Shown: positions 57,301 through 59,449 of the stretch, piece by piece
How positions within the stretch are numbered: position 1 is the first letter of the stretch
Layout: each line of letters begins with the position of its first letter
DNA from: Nitratifractor sp.
Lineage (GTDB): Bacteria; Campylobacterota; Campylobacteria; Campylobacterales; Sulfurovaceae
Reading direction: 5' to 3'
Assembly (NCBI GenBank): GCA_015486995.1
Contig: WFQO01000150.1
Span: forward strand, 1 to 59,449
Length of the DNA: 59,449 nucleotides
The notes under the pieces: generated by a model
The model's database searches: none
Told to the model about the DNA's origin: nothing
The model's input: the letters and a program-made list of their open reading frames with translations, nothing else
Made by a program: the position numbers and the translations under genes

Positions 57301-58582
57301 CATCGTCCCGGAAGCCCGCGGCGACCACATTCCCCGCCCCGTCGATCGCCGTCGCCAGGAAAGTGGCGTCACGGTGGGCGTTGGTGTAGACCGCTTCGTC
57401 GCGGATCTTACCGTAGGCGTCGAGCCGGGCGAGGTAGCCTTTGACGGTGAGATAACTGTAGACATCGTCGGATCCCCTTGTATCGCAGGCATCGGGATTT
57501 CCGGCCCAGTAGTTTTTCAGGTCGAGATCGTCGAACCAGCCCGCCAGGGCGATCCGGCCTCCGCCGCCGACGGCGGCGGCGTCGAACCGGCCCGTCTGAT
57601 AGACGGGACCGTCCCAATCCCCTGTGATGTAATAACCTCGGAGCCAGGATTTTTGCCAATCGATGGCGAAACGCCCCCATTTATCGAGCCCTCCACCCGC
57701 CACGAAGGGTCCATTGCGAAATTCGTCATGATGGGCCGAACCCGCGGCGACGAAGAGGCCGGGCCCCGCGGCGGTGACGACCTGGTCGCCGACGAAATAT
57801 CCGCTGCCGGGGTAATGGAGGATATAGCTCCCCTCCCCCCCGATCGCTTTGAAGTTGACGCCGTCACTGTCGGCATCCAGAAAGTAGCCGCCGTCGCTCG
57901 TGACGCTGAAGGCCCCCGCCACCGACCCGCGGTGCCAGCGCTTGAGGATCGTTCCGTCGTCGCGGGAGAGCTGCGTATAGTCGTACTGCCCCTCGTCGCC
58001 GTTGAAAAACTCTCCGGAGCTGACGATCAGGGTGTCGCCATCGGGGACGACGCGGACTTTGGGCCATTCGCTGTACCAGTCGCGCAGCTGCTGCTGGGTG
58101 CGGTAGATCGTATCGTAGCTCTTCTGGGTTCGGAGGTTGATACGCCGGTACCAGACGCGATCCCCCGAGGGGTCCAGGCGCATGACGAACTCTTCGCCGG
58201 GGGCGGAGGCTTGGCTATTGAAGCCCCGGTATCCGACGAGATAGATTTCATCGTCCTCTCCCACCGCCAGGCCTGAGAGGATGTAGTCGAGCCCGGAGAT
58301 GCCGTATTTGTCATAGTCCTCGTAACTGTCGTTGAGCGCCTTGCGCCAAATCACGCTTCCTTTGGGGCCGTACTTGACGATTTGCCCCGCCAGCGTGGCG
58401 AGGATCACGTTGCCTTGCGAATCGATCCCCAGATCCATTCCAAAGTCCCATATCGGCTGGCCGTTTTCGTCGAGCTCTTCGATCCCCGCGGCCGCTTCCC
58501 AGTTGCCGACCGTCCCGGGCCCCGCCTGCAGCGAGGCGCCCAGCAGTACCGCCGCCAGTATTCCGATCACCTTTCTTCGCAT
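54317..58582 (-). CDS. Signal-peptide-bearing Rhs/YD-repeat protein with N-terminal beta-propeller, DUF6531-like domain and Rhs core
   Basis: MRRKVIGILAAVLLGASLQA; propeller repeats; DPVDPASGN...RSYSS...FGYGW; many YxYD..GRL repeats; YSPYG, RLYDP..GRF...DP, Y.Y...DPVN..D..G; ATG at 58582 after GAGGAG. Confidence 0.92.
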   Translation of the reverse strand: MRRKVIGILAAVLLGASLQAGPGTVGNWEAAAGIEELDENGQPIWDFGMDLGIDSQGNVILATLAGQIVKYGPKGSVIWRKALNDSYEDYDKYGISGLDYILSGLAVGEDDEIYLVGYRGFNSQASAPGEEFVMRLDPSGDRVWYRRINLRTQKSYDTIYRTQQQLRDWYSEWPKVRVVPDGDTLIVSSGEFFNGDEGQYDYTQLSRDDGTILKRWHRGSVAGAFSVTSDGGYFLDADSDGVNFKAIGGEGSYILHYPGSGYFVGDQVVTAAGPGLFVAAGSAHHDEFRNGPFVAGGGLDKWGRFAIDWQKSWLRGYYITGDWDGPVYQTGRFDAAAVGGGGRIALAGWFDDLDLKNYWAGNPDACDTRGSDDVYSYLTVKGYLARLDAYGKIRDEAVYTNAHRDATFLATAIDGAGNVVAAGFRDDVKNIPFDEEKNCEAVWTVPFVVAGAMKRLPIYRKIRPDLQHRIHDPVDPASGNYVEQHIDLHYPTPGIPLALKRSYSSRFAAMKGSFGYGWSSSFDARIDPSADGTTLEVFWGDGHADRFALFRAQNGKGPRKTLSYLPVGGSVGYTIKETLNPKTGHRSFELYLPKLQRRILFDRHSGDGSYRPSAYYHGKNPHAAPVLTLDEKESVLTIRETASGKTLRLEKNEEGFVTRAQGPDGAVWNYGYDERGDLVSVTVPDGTRTLYRYDRRHHLLAIHQGSRTLLRNRYDAKGRVRFQIDAAGKGTLFAYDDAKHITRVTGSDDPRLSYRYDEAYRLLSVTDAEGKRKSFRYNRRGQLTSVHYPDGSTERYRYDAQGRLAAVTDRQGRKRAYRYDARGRLIRSTALRGPSVRLGYRKDGKLTSRTVAGEGNTTLGYDAQGRLVTVTDPLGARLRYRYTKAGFLSGTTGRDGVRSLYRRDAAGRVVQREYRAGSRRKRVRYRYDAMGRLLSASDARGTIAYGYTPRGYKGFEKGIYGKKVIYGYDAAGHLATIRAGALTLTTERDDAGRPLRVSDSFGHVLRYRYDTSGRLREVEGPAGVAVRYRYDAESGRLSGIDYLDGEGEAFRRLDYGRDAGGRLTSVEDSAAPLIRRLPAAARLPAGPAGRLAKGRYDAAGRLLGFGDLNASYTLTGRPQRVTTAAAGSVAFDYDALGRRVRFRDGKRVRRIVYAGAAPLMELDAKGKASAYYLFGPGLSLVLSGDGKLKAILQSDARRNFLNLLDAEGKVVSERLYSPYGLLLAQSGRWSQPFGFLGESGIYSSRGGLVLTRARLYDPRSGRFLRPDPKRPEALVPESFKRYLYAYGDPVNLSDSSGRSPFPEGPRWLIPYVNAAPSLHPTQTLDGVAYPPMSAPASGAQLHPAAPTTLADATPIYSDRDSDNGGGNPQQAPAFNDASGLIASPIYSDRDSTVPPPTPQVAAAPGDGYVAGISTVPIIAVI

Positions 58583-58629
58583 CCTTCTCTCCTCTCTCTT
58601 TGTAGCCGGGGAAAATCCTGGGATCCTCA

Positions 58630-58908
58630 TCACTTCTTCTCCACGCTTCGGGCGACGAGGTTGCCGCCGGCGTCGTAGCGGTAGCGGAGGATCATTTCAT
58701 TGTATTCCGCCTCCACGATTCGGCCGGCCCTGTCGTAACGGTAACGGATACTCTCAGAAGCCGTCGCTTTCGCGCTCTTGGCCTCCCGGGCATCGCTCTG
58801 CGGACTCTCCTGGGCCCAGAGACCCGACCAGCCGAGTGCTCCCGCCGCCACCAGACCCAGTACTACCGTCTTTGTCCATCTTTTTTCCGATCTTTTCTCT
58901 TGCATCAC
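58630..58908 (-). CDS. Small exported YD-repeat protein
   Basis: RBS AAAGGAG; signal peptide ending LWA-QE; two YD repeats (YRYDRAGRI, YRYDAGGNL). Confidence 0.82.
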   Translation of the reverse strand: MMQEKRSEKRWTKTVVLGLVAAGALGWSGLWAQESPQSDAREAKSAKATASESIRYRYDRAGRIVEAEYNEMILRYRYDAGGNLVARSVEKK

Positions 58909-59318
58909 TTCTCCTTTCCGCCTTTTTCCAGATTTTAAAACCTTAAGACTTAATAAATTATAAATTTTAGATACATTGAAATAATTATCCTTTCAAGGCA
59001 CTTCTATCCGCACCTCTATGGTTGGGTTTCGGTTTCTTCGGAATCATATTAACTCTTCTGGGTACATTCATTCCCCTCTCTTTTTAGAGTGTCCTTTTCC
59101 GTTCGTAAGCTGTCTAGCAACTTTGTCGGAATTCGGAATACAGAAAGCGAAACCTAAAATCATCAGAGTCGAAAAGAAGCGAAATTACCGCATTTATCCA
59201 TCCCTGGATCTGCGGAGCGAATAGAAGGTCCCGTTTCAAAATCCTTTCTATGATAAAATGTATGCTTTCAAATTTAGGCGTTTTCACCCGAAAGGGGGAT
59301 TTCGCCCAGGAGAAGAGT

Positions 59319-59449
59319 ATGCGGCACTTTCTGACCCTTCGGGATTTCACCCGCGACGAACTGCAGGAGATGATCGATCTGGCGATCACCATCAAGAAAC
59401 AGCTCAAACAGGGCGAATACGTCCCCTATCTGAAAAACCAGACCCTGGC
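59319..59449 (+). CDS. argF: Ornithine carbamoyltransferase, 5' end (runs off the window)
   Basis: RBS AGGAG; [28 protein letters not shown]...YLKNQTL matches OTCase N-termini. Confidence 0.85.
   Translation, partial: MRHFLTLRDFTRDELQEMIDLAITIKKQLKQGEYVPYLKNQTL

Noticed and set aside
54386-58276. 850-aa and 440-aa plus-strand ORFs
   Set aside because: Antisense shadows of the very GC-rich Rhs gene
59018-59407. 68-aa and 97-aa ORFs near the right end
   Set aside because: Divergent promoter region and antisense to argF; no coding features
1-59449. Very frequent GATC/CGATCG words
   Set aside because: Plausibly explained by preference for ATC, GAT and GAx codons; cannot be shown to exceed expectation without a Markov-model test

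Overview
Chromosomal window from a moderately GC-rich Campylobacterota (epsilonproteobacterium; gene order and protein style resemble Nitratifractor/Sulfurovaceae, which is an inference). It is mostly housekeeping: a cts/MSHA-like type II secretion/type IV filament operon, era, glyS, gpsA, a K+ channel with a separate RCK subunit, gatB, atpB, ffh, the glyQ-nif3-Zn ribbon-waaA-rluA block, purE, purF, dapB, trxAB, argB, lpxK, cmoB, dnaX and the start of argF. Accessory content: a di-haem cytochrome c peroxidase coupled to a probable DAHL-GGDEF-EAL sensor, a RelE/ParE toxin-antitoxin pair inserted in a core operon, and a three-gene secreted operon (mini-YD protein; signal peptide + beta-propeller + Rhs cage ending in a non-toxin-like tail with a duplicated peptide; a second secreted beta-propeller). 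The non-coding DNA holds a layered repeat system: strand-biased degenerate heptamer arrays at several gene junctions, three MITE-like long hairpins (two homologous to each other; two with 4-bp target duplications and lying in or beside heptamer arrays), REP-like palindromes and a shared 14-mer. dnaX carries an A9 slippage-type tract. No rRNA, tRNA, CRISPR array or transposase was seen. All calls come from reading the sequence; no searches were run.
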